A stretch of 57,968 nt of DNA, from contig JYFJ02002382.1 of the NCBI GenBank assembly GCA_000934665.2, positions 1 through 57,968 on the forward strand, read 5' to 3'. The position numbers and the translations under genes are program-made. Below, in pieces: positions 11,616 to 25,207 of the stretch (positions are counted from its first letter, which is position 1; each line of letters starts with the position of its first letter). The notes below the pieces were generated by a model that saw only the letters and a program-made list of their open reading frames with translations, searched no databases and was not told the origin of the DNA. This stretch comes from Catajapyx aquilonaris. Taxonomy: Eukaryota.

Positions 11616-13254
11616 ATGGAGATGGAATGGTCTTATTGTAGTGAAAATTTTCGCGAATTGATGTCCGCTTATAGAAACGCCTTTCACGGATACATCTCTC
11701 TCGTTGTGTGTGTGTTTGGATCAATCACAAGCCTGATGAACATCGTGGTTTTGCGCCAAAAGAATATGGTGTCGTCGACCAACGTCATTCTGGTTGGACT
11801 CGCGGTGGCTGACGCATTAGTTATGCTGGCTTATGTGCCGAATTCCATTAGGTACATATTAATGAGTTACGACGATCCTCATCACTACTGGGGAACATAC
11901 ACTGAATATTCATGGAACATCTTCCAACTTTTTCATACTCACTTTCACAGGGTAAGTCGTACTCTCTGGTCTCTACCTCTACTTACAGCTGTCTGTTTGT
12001 GCCATTACATGCCCTTCTTATATTCTGACCAATATTCAACATAACCATCAGTGAATGACGAATATCTCAGTTTCACATTCGGCTGAAGTGCAATAGGACT
12101 TGTCTGAATAGTTTTCTTCCCAGGTTTGCCACGGCATTTCCGTTTGGACCACGGTGATCCTGGCAATTTGGCGATATGTGATGATCTGCTGGCCACTGAA
12201 GAGCAGGCTGTGGGGCGGGACCAGGAGGGCCTGGTGGGCCGTCGTCGCCACATACGTCTCCGTTCCCATCATCTTCATCCCGAGTTACATGATGTATGAA
12301 CTCGATTCCGAACCTGTTGACATGTACTACTACGAAGGTCAGCTCTCTGCCTCCATGCCATTACCAGCATCAACACTGCTGGCCCCTTCAGCCTCCGGTC
12401 TGTCCTATTCCTCACCTGACACTGTCGGTCCACATGTTGTGTCCACTGTTGCCCCATCCCCTCCATACACCATCGTCGAAGTCCCCCTGTACGCGATATA
12501 CACCAGCTCCTTAGCTTTTGACGAGGATAAAGAAGAAACCACGCTGTTTTTCAAACTCAACGAGTGGATGTTGGGTGTGCTGTTCAGGCTGCTGCCTTGT
12601 GCTGTTTTAACTGTTGCCAGCCTGAGAATGGCCCATGCTCTGGTAGAGGCCAGGAAGAGAAGGAGGACATTGGTGTCAGCTGGGACTGCACCGTCCGACA
12701 CAGATAGGAAGATGCATCGGACCACGGGGATGCTCCTGGTGGTCGTCTTCTTCTTCCTCGTCACCGAAATTCCTCAAGGAGTTGTGGCCATCCTCACAGG
12801 GACATTGTACGGATTTAACGATGAATGCTCCATACACTTGGAAGAAGTCATCGATATTCTGGTCCTGAGCAACTCTGCCATAAACGTCGTCTTGTATACG
12901 ACCATGAGCCAGGAATTTAGGCAAACTTTCAAGGACCTCTTTGTGCCCAAAATCAAGATCCCTTTGCCTCTTTGTTGCCAATGGTCCCAAACACTTGACC
13001 GCAATAATCAGGCGCAAGCTGGGAGCAACGGCACCTCATCCTGCGACACAACTACAGTCGATTTGAGAGTACTGAGTTCATTCGGAAGTCACGATAATGC
13101 TTTAGTTAGCGAAGACGTTAGGCAGGTTCTGGACAGAGTTTTACTAGTCGATCCTCTCGACGACAGGCCGAAAAAAATACAGTCATCGATTGACTCCTTA
13201 ACTACGGATGTGCAGGACTTGCGACAGTTTGTGGCACACACTCTACACGGGTAG
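11616..13254 (+). CDS. Myosuppressin-receptor-like GPCR, array copy 2
   Basis: Exons 11616-11951 and 12124-13254; same intron position; HGYISLVVCVFG, LAIWRY, TEIPQG, NSAINVVLY; intact ORF. Confidence 0.88.
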
Positions 13255-13786
13255 GTATAGTAACGAACAATATCTCATTTGAACTATATCATTTTAGGGA
13301 CGTGCTGCTCAGAGTGAAGAATGGATCAGAAAGTAGCTTCGTGACCGCCGAAGACAATGACTTTGATAACGACAGCATAACAAGTACTGACTTATTGCGA
13401 GAAGGTGATTTTAGTGATAAATAATAGGCCTACTGTAAGGGGGGTGTGACTTTGTGACAGTTTTTGAGGTTTTTTTTTGGTATCGGAGCAGAAACGGTAT
13501 AAAACTATAAATTTTGGCCGGTTCCACCATCTGCGCTCAGTGCTGAGTATAGAGATCATCTTCGGAGTCCGCCGCAGGACCGTAGGTTAGATAGCTCACA
13601 CAACCTTCTCGCTCGAGCACTGCCTGAGAAGTGCTTAACGTCTTATTAAAGCTGACACTGACAACTCATTTGGAACATGCTGCCTTTCTATAGCTATGCA
13701 GCATGATGCTCCATCTATACGTAGGTATGTGTTGCATAGATACATATTGCATACTATGCATAGTGATGAGTTGTAGACAATATGAA

Positions 13787-14144
13787 GTGCTCTTTTAACT
13801 GTCATCAGCTTGAGAATGGCCTATAATTATGCTCTGGTTGAGGCCAGGAAGAGAAGGAGGACATTGGTGTCAGCTGGGACTGCCCCGTCCGATGCTGCCA
13901 GGAAAATGCATCGGACCACGAGGATGCTCCTGGTGGTCTTCATCTTCTTCCTCATCCCCGAAATTCCTCCAGAAGTTGTGGCCATCCTCACAGGGACATT
14001 GCCTGGCAGATTTTTCGGTTAATGCTCCTTATGTGCTTACTTGACAGAAGTCTTTGATCTTCTAGTTCTGATCAACTCTGCCATAAGCTTCGTCTTGTTT
14101 ACGACCATGAGCCAGGAATTTAGGCAAACTTTCAAGGACCTCTT
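13787..14144 (+). pseudogene. GPCR paralogue fragment (TM5-TM7), disrupted
   Basis: Encodes LLTVISLRMAYNYALVEARKRRRTLVSAGTAPSDAARKMHRTTRML... with an in-frame TAA at 14020-14022 and indels. Homology ends at ttcaaggacctctt; no exon 1. Confidence 0.85.
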
Positions 14145-15696
14145 AAGTATCGTAATTTTGGTTGCCTAATATTCTGAATTCAAAAATTATAGGGTATACA
14201 CTGGAACACTAAACCAGTGAATGTGGCTGATTTTTTAAAACTCCTCCTTGTCACGAGAAAGGAGCACAGGAATATTTCGAGAATACAACAGGTGGTGGAT
14301 TCTATTCATGTAGAATATATTTCACACATGTGAAGTTTAATTACAGGGCAATTAGGATGAAAATAGGTATAGTCTATTCCCGGCCAAATGCGACACCTTC
14401 AACTGGTTGTGTTTTAATATCCTGCGAGTGACACTACCTGCTGCACATGCTCACGTTTCTGAGGTAGTGGCACTCGCAGGATAGACGAAAGAGTAGGCCG
14501 TAGCTACTTATATTTTTAGTCGTCTGTTTTTCCAACCTCCTACCATCAACTATAGCGTGACGTACTTTATGGACGACTCCTAAACCTAAAGTGAAAACAA
14601 GATGAAAAACTACATCCCATCTTTGATGCAACCCACTTCGGGCAAACCACCGCAATAACTGAGACATAAGAAGCTCCGAAAGTATGTCCCGGAAAAAATA
14701 ATGAATGAAGTCACCATGTCTATATCTGCCTTTGCTGCACCAGTTATAACTTAAGCAGTATTACATATAACTGTTGTTCGGATGCATTGCGTACTTATTT
14801 GTTTGGTTGCTTTTGCGCCATTTAAATCTAATGAACGTGTAACAACACCATTCCTTCATGTCCACCCTACGTATTATATTTAAATATGAGAATGATGGGA
14901 TATTGGCTGCGAGATTCAGACGAAGGTGGACCAGGACTGCCAGAAGAAGTTGGTTGAAGTAAGGTATACAAATTGCGAGATTCACTCATGTTGAAATACA
15001 GTGCGGGTTGAATGTTAGTAATCGAACAGGTCTGTTATGTAGCATAGGTAATGCACGTCTCTGTGCACAAATCATGTCCTTATCCTCATTTCCTTGACCA
15101 GGGACACCTCATGGTCAAGGATGCAGAACGTGCCTCAAAATCATTAATTCGCCGGCGCCACACAGTTGCAGCCATAAATATGCAACAGTATTAATGAAGT
15201 GAAATGAATTCTCAAAAAAATCATCAAAATAAGTAAATTAGAACTACTCTTATGATTAAAATATCCGAAATAGGTACCCATAATTAATATTATTTTCAGT
15301 GCGACTTGTCTCTCACTTAAACGTTTTATTCAGGGAAGCTACGTGTTCGTCTCTTTACCTCATGTATCAAGCCAGATTCGGAAGTTAAAAAAATAATTGT
15401 TCAGCTTAGGCAGTGTATGCAGATTGTATGCCGCTGAATCCATGGCACACAAAAAATGTGGTATTGCAGGTAAATAGTCAGGACTGGTTTGACGAGTTTG
15501 TATTAATTTTCTTCCGCATCGTGTGTAAAAGCAAGGTTATAAGCGTATAGCCATTCAAACCTCAGAACCTGAATTGAAACATGATGAGACTCAGCAAAGA
15601 GAAGAGTGACTCCAGTTTGCGATTGCGTGAATTAGTTGGGGCTATACTACCAGACAGTGAGTGCATGACTTGGTTGAGTCGCTGCCAGTTGACAAA

Positions 15697-17511
15697 ATGC
15701 ACACGGATTTCCATTGTAGCGATCGTTTTAGCTATTTGTTGTTCGATTATTCTACTAACATTCGCGGATATATCTCTGTCGTTTTGTGTGTGTTTGGGTC
15801 CACCACAAGCCTGCTGAGTATTGTGGTTTTGCGACAAAAGAATATGGTGTCGTCGACCAACGTCATTCTGGCTGGACTCGCCGTGGCTGACACATTAGTT
15901 ATGCTGGCTTACGTGCCGTACTCTTTTTTGTTCATATTAGCAGGCTACGACGATGATCCTAACTTCTCAGCAAAATATGTTCAATATCCATGGGCGATCT
16001 TCAAACTTTTTCACATTCACTTTCACACGGTAAGCTATAACCTCTGCACTTACACGCGGTCATTTCGTGCAATTCCGTGCCTTCTTATTGTCATCTGATT
16101 AATTAAACATAACCAGTGAATGACTCTAAACACATCTCCGAGTAGTGAAAAATATTGTTGATATTGTACAGTATTGACTGTCATTTTGCCCAATTTGATG
16201 CTAGTAGGCCTATTTTTACAAGCTGAACACATTACACAGTGCGGTAATCATATCGTTTCTCGACTCAACTGGTTCAGAAACAGATAAGCCTCGAGTGAAG
16301 TAAGTATAGGACATAATATTAGATCTAAATATTTTCCTCCCCACCAGGTTTGCCACGCCATATCCGTTTGGACCACGGTGATCCTGGCAGTTTGGCGATA
16401 TGTGATGATCTGCTGGCCACTGAAGAGCAAGCAGTGGGGCAGGACAAGGAGGGCCTGGTGGGCCCTCGTCGCCATATACGTCTGCGTCCCCATCATCTGC
16501 ATCCCGAGTTTCATGATGTACATGGTCCATACTGAATCGATTGAAACGTACGACTACGGAGATCACCCCGATTTAGACATCCCTGCTCCCATCCTACCAG
16601 CGCCACCACTGGCCTCTTCCCACCCCGGTATTTCGGACCCTCCCGACCCAGAGATATTCTGGTCTTCAGGTTACACCTCTCTCGGGAGTGGACCCGTCTC
16701 ACCGGACCGTCCCCACACCGTCGTCGATCGGTTCACCAGGTACAGAGTCTACACCAGCTCCTTAGCTCATGACGAGGATAAAGGTGACAACACGCTGTTC
16801 TTCAAACTCAACCAGTGGATGCTGGGTGTGCTGTTCAGGCTGCTGCCTTGCGCTCTTTTAACTGTGGTCAGCTTGAGAATGGCATATGCTCTGGTTGAGG
16901 CCAGGAAGAGAAGGAGGACATTGGTGTCAGCTGGGACTGCCCAGTCCGATGCTGACAGGAAGATGCATCGGACCACGAGGATGCTCCTGGTGGTGCTCTT
17001 CTTCTTCCTCGTCACCGAAATTCCTCAAGGAGTTGTGGCCATCCTCACAGGGACATTGGACAGATTTTACGATGAATGCGCCCTACCCTTGGAAGAAGTC
17101 ATTGATCTTCTAGTCCTGATCAACTCCGCCATAAACTTCATCTTGTACATGACCATGAGCCAGGAATTTAGGCAAACTTTCAAGGACCTCTTCGTGCCCA
17201 AAATCAGGATCCCTTGGCCTCTTTGTTGCCGATGGTCACGAACTATTGGCGGTAATGATCAGACGCAACCTGCTGGTAGCAACGGCACCGCATCCTGCGA
17301 CGCAACTACATCAGTCGACTTGAAAGTGCTGAGGTCATGCGAAAGTCATGATAATCAGCTTAACATCAGAGAAGACATTAGGCAGGTTCTGGACACAGTT
17401 TTACTCTCTCACTTGGATCCTTTAGAGAGAAAAATGCAATCTTCGATTGACTCCTTAAGTGCGGATGTGCAGGACTTGCGACACTCTATGGCAATCATGC
17501 TACTCGGGTAG
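15697..17511 (+). CDS. Myosuppressin-receptor-like GPCR, array copy 3
   Basis: Exons 15697-16029 and 16348-17511; LAVWRY, TEIPQG, LINSAINFILYMTMSQEFR; intact ORF. Confidence 0.88.
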
Positions 17512-18839
17512 GAAACGAACAATATCTGTACGCATTAATTGAATTAATTTCATTTGAAATAATTGTATTATTAGCCTATGTATATTACAGGGGCGTGCTG
17601 AAAGACCCTCTCAGAGGGGAGAATGGATCAGAAAGTAGCTTCGTGACCACGGAAGACATGGACAACGACAGCATAACAAGCACTGAGAGTCTGAGAAGGT
17701 TATGAGTGATGAAGCATAAGACAGTGTTCATTATTATCAAGTTAGTTACAGGATATGCAAATGCATTTTTACCAATTTAACATATTTATGTGAAGTCACC
17801 GTTTCAATTTGTATATTATGCTGCCGCCTTTTTGGATGAAAGTTTATTATTTTATAGTAAAGGTCTCTCTTCCAGTCTTCCCCCAAAACTATAGTGCACA
17901 CTTACAGTACCGTCCATGCATTAGACAGAATTTTATGAATTTATTCCCCCACAGTCACGAATAATGAAAGTAATGTGAATTGCTCATATTGTTAATTTCA
18001 CTGGAGAAAGAGGTGCAAAATCAACATTTCTCTTACAGATGCAGTAGCAGTAGTTTTAAGTGGGCTACAATTAATGAAAAAAGGTCTTCGTCATATTTGA
18101 ATGACCTATATTTGGATTAGTCTATACTTTCAATATATTCATTTTGTTAGATCATCAGTACATATTTAATAAACAAGAAATTATTGATTTTTATCTTTTT
18201 GCAATCTAATCCTGTCTCATATGTGCATTATGAAATGTGAAGTTTTTGCAAGTTTTGTTTTACCATTGTGAAAAATGGAACTAAATATATTGCATGATCC
18301 CTGTTATTTGTGCACTGGAGGAACGTAGGTCTAAAATTCAGAGTTGCTAGTTGGTTACTCACTGTCAGTATTTATCTTGCCCTATTGTATTTGGAAATTA
18401 GTAACAGACAGACCTACAATTTACTAATAAATGAGACATCAGGAATTTGTATGGGGTGTTTTAATTCCAGAAAATCAATTTCTTTTTAATATGTGGATGT
18501 TATTGAGAGCTATGGTATTACAGGAATAACAGTCAGGACTGGTTTGACGAGAATGTATGACTCTCCATCTTCCCTACAGCACTGATGTTCTTGTGTAATC
18601 GCAAGGTTATATGCTGTAAGGGTAACCTATCAAGCCTCAGTTATTTAATATATACCTATATTCTACACCGCCATTATATGTATACGCTTTACCTGACTTG
18701 AAGCATGATGAGACTCTGAAAAAATGTGACTCCAGGTTGCGATTACGTGCATTAGTTGTGGTTACTACCAGACAGTGAGTGCATAACACGAGTGAGTAGT
18801 CTCTGCTGCATGTGGCTGCTGTGGCTGGCTGTTGACAAA

Positions 18840-21316
18840 ATGGAGACGGAATGGTACTGTAGTGAAAATGTTCGCGATTTGTTGTTCGATTATTCTACGA
18901 ACATTCACGGATATATCTCTGTCGTTTTGTGTGTGTTTGGGTCCATCACAGGCCTGCTGAGTATTGTGGTTTTGCGACAAAAGAATATGGTGTCGTCGAC
19001 CAACATCATTCTGGCTGGACTCGCCGTGGCTGACATGTTAATTATGCTGGATTACTTGCCGTACTCTATTTTGTTCATATTAATGAGTTACGACGATCCT
19101 CCTCACTTCTTAGAAGCAATTCAATATCCATGGGCGATCTTCCAACTTTTCCACATTCACTTTCACACGGTAAGGTATATTTCCTACTTCTGTACTTCCA
19201 CGCGGTCATTTCGTGCAATTCCGTGCCTTCTTATTATCATCTGATTAATTAAACATAACCACAGTGAATGACTCTAAACACATCCCCAAGTGAAAAATAT
19301 TTATATGAATATAGGGAATAATATTGAGTGCACGAAATCTCTATGGAACCCACAATAATTATATGACATCTTCTGCTAGATCCATTGTCACCAAATGGCG
19401 AACTCTTGTGACAAATATTCTTGTCTCATGAGCTCCCCTGTTTTTGTCAGAATGCGACGCAACATTTGATGACAATGGCGCTGGCAGAAGATGCCATCCA
19501 GCCTATTGAGCGAAAATATCGAATTCGCCCCTATTGTCCAATTAGTTTATATGCATCTCATTTTTGAAACATCTGCAATTGGGCCTTCATGTTTTATATA
19601 AACGTGAGAGAGTGTTGTCATTATTAGAGGGCGGGACTGATTCATGAGTCACACTTTCATGACAGATATCTCATCAGTTTCACACTTCAAGATCACCTAT
19701 GTGCACCGTTGCTGAAATGCTCCAACATCTGTACTCACAGCATTTGTTTCATAAATTGCATAATTCATTCAACCTTAATCTACATCGTTGATGTACAGTA
19801 TTGACTGTCATTTTGCCAAATTTGATGCTATTAGTAGGTTTATTTTTACAAGCGGAACACATTACACAGTGAGGTAATATCATATCGCTTCTGGACTCAA
19901 CTGGTTCAGAAACAGAATTAGAGGCACAGCAGCTATAAAGCCTCGAGTGAAGTATAAGTATATGACATAATAATTATTAGGTCTAAATATTTTCCTCTCC
20001 ACCAGGTTTTCCACGCCATATCCGTTTGGACCACGGTGATCCTGGCAGTTTGGCGCTATGTGATGATCTGCTGGCCACTGAAGAGCAAGCAGTGGTGCGG
20101 GACAAGGAGGGCCTGGTGGGCCCTCGTCGCCACATACGTCTGCATCCCCATCATCTGCATCCCGAGTTACATGATGTACAAATTCCATGATTCTGAATCG
20201 ACTGAAACGTACGACTACGAAGATGAGCTCTCTGACTCCATGTATAATGAATCGACTGAAACGTACGACTACGAAGATCAGCTCTCTGACTCCATGTACG
20301 ATGAATCCACTGAAACGTACGAATACGAAGATGAGCTCTCTGACTCCATGTATAATAATGAATCGACTGAAACGTACGACTACGAAGATCACCCGGATTT
20401 AGACATCTCTGTCCCCATCCTACCAGCGCCACCACTGGCCTCTTCCGAGCCCGGCATTTCGGCCCCTTCAGACCAAGAGATATTCTCGTCTTCTTCTGAC
20501 ACTGTCCCCGATCCATGGGCCCCACTCCGTTTCAACCCCTTCTTCGAGGTCACCATGTACAGAGTCGGCCCCAGCTCCTTAGCTTATGACGAGGATAAAG
20601 ATGAAAACACGCAGCTTTTCAAACTCGACCAGTGGATGCTGGGTGTGCTGTTCAGGTTACTGCCTTGTGCTCTTTTAACTGTGGTCAGCTTGAGAATTGC
20701 ATATTCTCTGGTTGAGGCCAGGAAGAGAAGGAGGACATTAGCGTCAGCTGGGACTGCCCAGTCCGATGCTGACAGGAAGATGCATCGGAGGATGCTCCTG
20801 GTGGTCCTCTTCTTCTTCCTTGTCACCGAAATTCCTCAAGGAGTTGTGGCCATCCTCACAGGGACATTGGACAGATTTTATGATGAATGCACCCTACCCT
20901 TGGAAGAAGTCATTGATCTTCTGGTCCTGAGCAATTCTTCCATAAAGTTCATCTTGTACATGACCATGAGCCAGGAATTTAGGCAAACTTTCAAGGACCT
21001 CTTCGTGCCCAAAACCAAGATCCCTTGGCCTCTTTGTTGTCGATTGTCACTAACACTTGACCGTAATAATCGGGCGCAACCTGGTAGCACTGGAACCGCA
21101 TCCTGCGACACAACTACAGTCGACTTGACAGTGCTGAGGTCATTCGGAAGTCATGATAATCAGCTTAACATCAGAGAAGACATTAGGCAGGTTTTGGACA
21201 CAGTTTTACTCTCTCACTTGGATCCTTTCGAGAAAAAAATGCAATCTTCGATTGACTCCTTAAGTGCGGATGTGCAGGACTTGCGACACTTTATGGCACT
21301 CACGCTACACGGGTAG
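18840..21316 (+). CDS. Myosuppressin-receptor-like GPCR, array copy 4 (repeat-expanded ECL2)
   Basis: Exons 18840-19169 and 20006-21316; intact ORF with an 18-aa tandem repeat in ECL2, MHRRML (6-nt deletion) and NSSIKFILY. Confidence 0.86.
19365..19497. repeat. Short imperfect inverted repeat in the enlarged intron of GPCR copy 4
   Basis: tgacatcttctgctagatccattgtcaccaaatg ... catttgatgacaatggcgctggcagaagatgcca. It lies within ~500 nt that is absent from the otherwise similar intron of copy 3. Confidence 0.6.
20195..20390 (+). repeat. Coding minisatellite, 54-57 nt unit x ~3.5 (ESTETYDYEDELSDSMYN)
   Basis: gaatcgactgaaacgtacgactacgaagat(g/c)agctctctgactccatgta... repeated three times plus a partial fourth unit, frame-preserving. 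Confidence 0.93.
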
Positions 21317-22630
21317 GTAACGAACAATATCTGTACGCATTAATTGAATTAATTACATTTGAAATAATTGTATCATTATATTATAGGGACGTGCTGAAAG
21401 ACCCTCTCAGAGGGGAGAATGGATCAGAAAGTAGCTTCGTGACCACGGAAGACATGGACAACGACAGCATAACAACCACTGAGAAGGTGATAAGTGATGA
21501 AGCATAAGTGTTCATTATTATCAAGTTTGTTACAGTATATGCAAATGCATTGTTACCAATTTAATATATTTATGCGCAGTCACCGTTTCAATTTGTATGC
21601 TGCCTCCTTTTTGAATGAAAGTTTATTAGTATTGTGTACTTACTTGTTGCGGTTGCTTTTTTGCCAATTAACCCCACAATTCTTTCATAAACATCCTGCG
21701 TATCCTATTTTTAATTTGGGAATTATATATTGTCTGATGGGATTCAGACGAAATGTGGGCCATGACTGCCAGAAGAAGTACCAGTATACAAATTCCAAGA
21801 TTCACTCATGCGTCAGTGCGGGTCGAAAATGAATGATCGAGCAGGTCTGTTATGTAGATATGGTAGGTAATGCACATCTGCGTGCAGAAAAAATCATGTT
21901 GTTATCCGCATATCCTTGACCCGGGATACCTCATGGTCAAGGATTGCAGCACGTGCCTCAGAATCATTAATTCGAGCCACATAATTGCAACCAGGGTTAT
22001 GCACAGTGTTGTAATGGCGTCGAAATAAAGCCGCACAAAAATATCCTCGATTTAAGTAAATTATATTTACGATTAAAGTATATGATAAAAGCACCCACAG
22101 GTATTATTTTAGTTTGGCTTGTCTTTCGTTTGGCTTGTCAGTTGGCTTGGCTTACATTTCAGGGAAGCTGCATCTCTTCACCTCATGGATCAATGATTAC
22201 ATTAAGACATAAGTTATTCTGAAGTAAAGGCCAGCTTAGGCAGTATATAATTAATAATTATACAGATTTTATTCCGCTGAATCCATGGTATAGGTCTATA
22301 ATTATGTGGTATTACAGGTGTGCGCGCCGTATAGTCAGGACTGGTTTGACGATTTTTTAATACGATATTCTTCTTCCTCTCCCACTGACGTTCGTTTACA
22401 AGGTTATATCAGAGTTACATCGTTCAACCCTCAGGTATTTAACATGTTCTGCAACGCCACTCTGTGTGCTTTATCTGAATTGAAACATGATGAGACCCAG
22501 CAGAAAGAAGAGAGATTGGATGCGATAACGTGTATCAGTTGTTGCGGTTTAATACTACAAGACAGTGAGTGCATGACTTGAGTGAGTCGTGCAAGGAGTC
22601 GTGGCCGTGGTCGTGGCCAATATTGATAAA

Positions 22631-24310
22631 ATGGAGACGGAATGGTATTGCAGTGAAAATGTTCGCGATTTGTTGTACTTGTACGATTATACTAAGTACA
22701 TTCACGGATACATCTCTATCCTTTTGTGTGTGTTTGGGTCCATCACAAGCCTTCTGAGCGTTGTGGTTTTGTGCCAAAAGAATATGGTGTCGTCGACCAA
22801 CGTCATTCTGGCTGGACTCGCAGTGGCCGACATGTTCATTATGCTGGCTTACGTGCCGTACTCCATTATGTTCATATCAATTGGTTACGACGATCCTCCT
22901 CACTTCTTAGCAACATTATATCAGTATTCCTGGGCGATCTTCCGACTTATTCACAGTCACTTTCACAGGGTAAGCCATCGTAAGCCATGCTCTCTCTCTC
23001 ACTTTCTCTCTCTCTCTCTCTACTTATACAATACAGCTGCTATTTTGTGTCATTACATGTCTTTTCTTATCTCCTGAGCAATTCAACATAACCGCAGTGA
23101 ATGACGAATATCTCAGTTTAACTTTCGACTGAAGTGCACTAGGACTTATCTGAATAAACCTCCCCATCAGGTTTGCCACGCCATATCCGTTTGGATCACG
23201 GTGATCCTGGCAGTTTGGCGCTATGTGCTGATCTGCTGGCCACTGAAGAGCAGGCAGTGGTGCGGGACCAGGAGGGCCTGGTGGGCAGTCGTCGCCACCT
23301 ACGTCTGCGTCCCCATCATCTTCATCCCGAATTACATGATGTACGAATTCGGTTCCGAGCCTATTGAAAAGTACTACGACGAAGATGATCAGCTCTCTAT
23401 CTCCATCCCACCCTCACTGGCCCCTTCTGCCCCCGGCATGTCCTCGTCCTCCCCTGACACTGTCGTCGGTCCTCAGGTTGTGCCCACTGTTGCCCCACCC
23501 CCTCCATACACCATCGTCGAAGCCACCAAGTACTCGTACTACACCAGTTCCTTAGCTTTTGACGAGGATAAAGATGACAACACGCTGTTTTTCAAACTCA
23601 ACCAGTGGATGATGGGTGTGCTGTTCAGGTTGCTGCCTTGTGCGCTTTTAACTGTGGTCAGCTTGAGAATGGCATATGCTCTGGTTGAGGCCAGGAAGAG
23701 AAGGAGGACATTGGTGTCAGCTGGAACTGCCCTGTCCGATGCTGACAGGAAGATGCATCGGACCACGAGGATGCTCCTGGTGGTCCTCTTCTTCTTCCTC
23801 GTCACCGAAATTCCTCAAGGAGTTGTGGCCATCCTCACAGGGACATTGCACGGATTTAACGATGAATGCTCCATACACCTGCAAGACGTCATTGACATTC
23901 TGGTCCTCATGAACTCTGCCATAAACTTCGTCTTGTATACGACCATGAGCCAGGAATTTAGGCAAACTTTCAAGGACCTCTTTGTGCCAAAAATCAAAAT
24001 CACTTGGCCTCTTTGTTGCCGATGGTCACGAACTACCGTCAGTAGTCATCGGGCGCAACCTGGTAGCAACAGCACCGCATCCTGCGACACAAGTACCGTC
24101 GACTTGAGAGTACTGAAGTCATGTGTAAGTCATGATAATGCCCTGGTCATCAGAGAAGACGTTAGGCAGGTTCTGGACACAGTTTTACTCTCTCACTTGG
24201 ATCCTCTCGGCGACAGGCTGATTCAAATGCAGTCATCAATTGACTCCTTAAGCACGGATGTGCAGGACTTGCGACAGTTTGTGCGTGGCCCTCAAGCTAT
24301 ACACGGGTAG
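22631..24310 (+). CDS. Myosuppressin-receptor-like GPCR, array copy 5
   Basis: Exons 22631-22969 and 23171-24310; LAVWRY, TEIPQG, MNSAINFVLY; intact ORF. Confidence 0.88.
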
Positions 24311-24748
24311 GAAACGAACAACATCTGCACGTGTGACTTAATTTGAGTGAAAAATTTATATCATTTTAGGGGAGTGCTGAGAGACCAGCTCGGAATGAAC
24401 AATGGATCAGAAAGTAGCTTCGCGACCGCCGAAGACAATGACATTGATGGCTACAGCATAACAAGCACTGAGGTTTTTAGTGAGGAATAAATTATTTTTT
24501 GCATGGTGGTCAAGGGAAAGAATTTGGCCACTTTTGGCTTGATCGCTGATTCCTATACATGCTGGAGCTCATCAAGTACTTCAACAACAAATTTGGTGAG
24601 GGCGATTTAATAAAACGGATCTGAAGGTGATTTTCGTGTCGATTTTATTGATTGACTGACTGGAGGTGTATCTTGCTGAGTGCTGGTTAGGCGATGTTTC
24701 TAAATCCGACGCCCGACGTCGTACCGGAGACATGCTGGGCATGCATCA
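24311..24748. repeat. Duplicate of ~27310-27750, including the 3' end (last codons and 3'UTR) of the neighbouring minus-strand CBM14 gene
   Basis: Colinear match, e.g. ggtggtcaagggaaagaatttggccacttttggcttgatcgctgatt...atccgacgcccgacgtcgtaccgg...ggcatgcatc at both sites. Confidence 0.9.
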
Positions 24749-25049
24749 TTATTTTAGAAAGTAGGTACAGTAGTAACACTCAGATTAGCAAAATAAGTTT
24801 TCGGACGTCAAAAAATGGATTGAGGAATACACGAAATCTCTAAGAATAATTTCACTGTGCAATTTATATAAATAAACGACGCCAAAACTAGCCGGGCCTC
24901 CCGTCTAGCTAGTAGTGGCAAATTGTGGCGAACCATTGAGTTATTTTATTATCAGAGAGCTGCAGTTAACTAGACCTTACTCGCATGTTTGATTATATGT
25001 AGTGTGTAGATAATTACGTATTGCACAGTGTAGTAAAAAATAATTCATA

Positions 25050-25186
25050 TTAAGTGATTCCGAAGGTTATTCCCTGATTCATGATGTAGGCTATAGTGAT
25101 TCAGTGATTCAAGAGCTGATTCAGAAGGCGATTCACTGATTCATCAGTGTAGTGATTCAGCGATTCAGACGTTGATTCAGTGATTA
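25050..25186. repeat. Degenerate (GTGATTCA)-like short tandem repeat
   Basis: Repeated tgattca/gtgattca units immediately upstream of the 25.2-25.5 kb palindrome. Confidence 0.6.
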
Positions 25187-25207
25187 ATTTTGGCTGCGTA
25201 CGAGATT

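Noticed and set aside
19880..20392. Repetitive hydrophobic minus-strand ORF (VRELIFVVVRFSRF)
   Set aside because: Reverse frame of the copy 4 ECL2 minisatellite.
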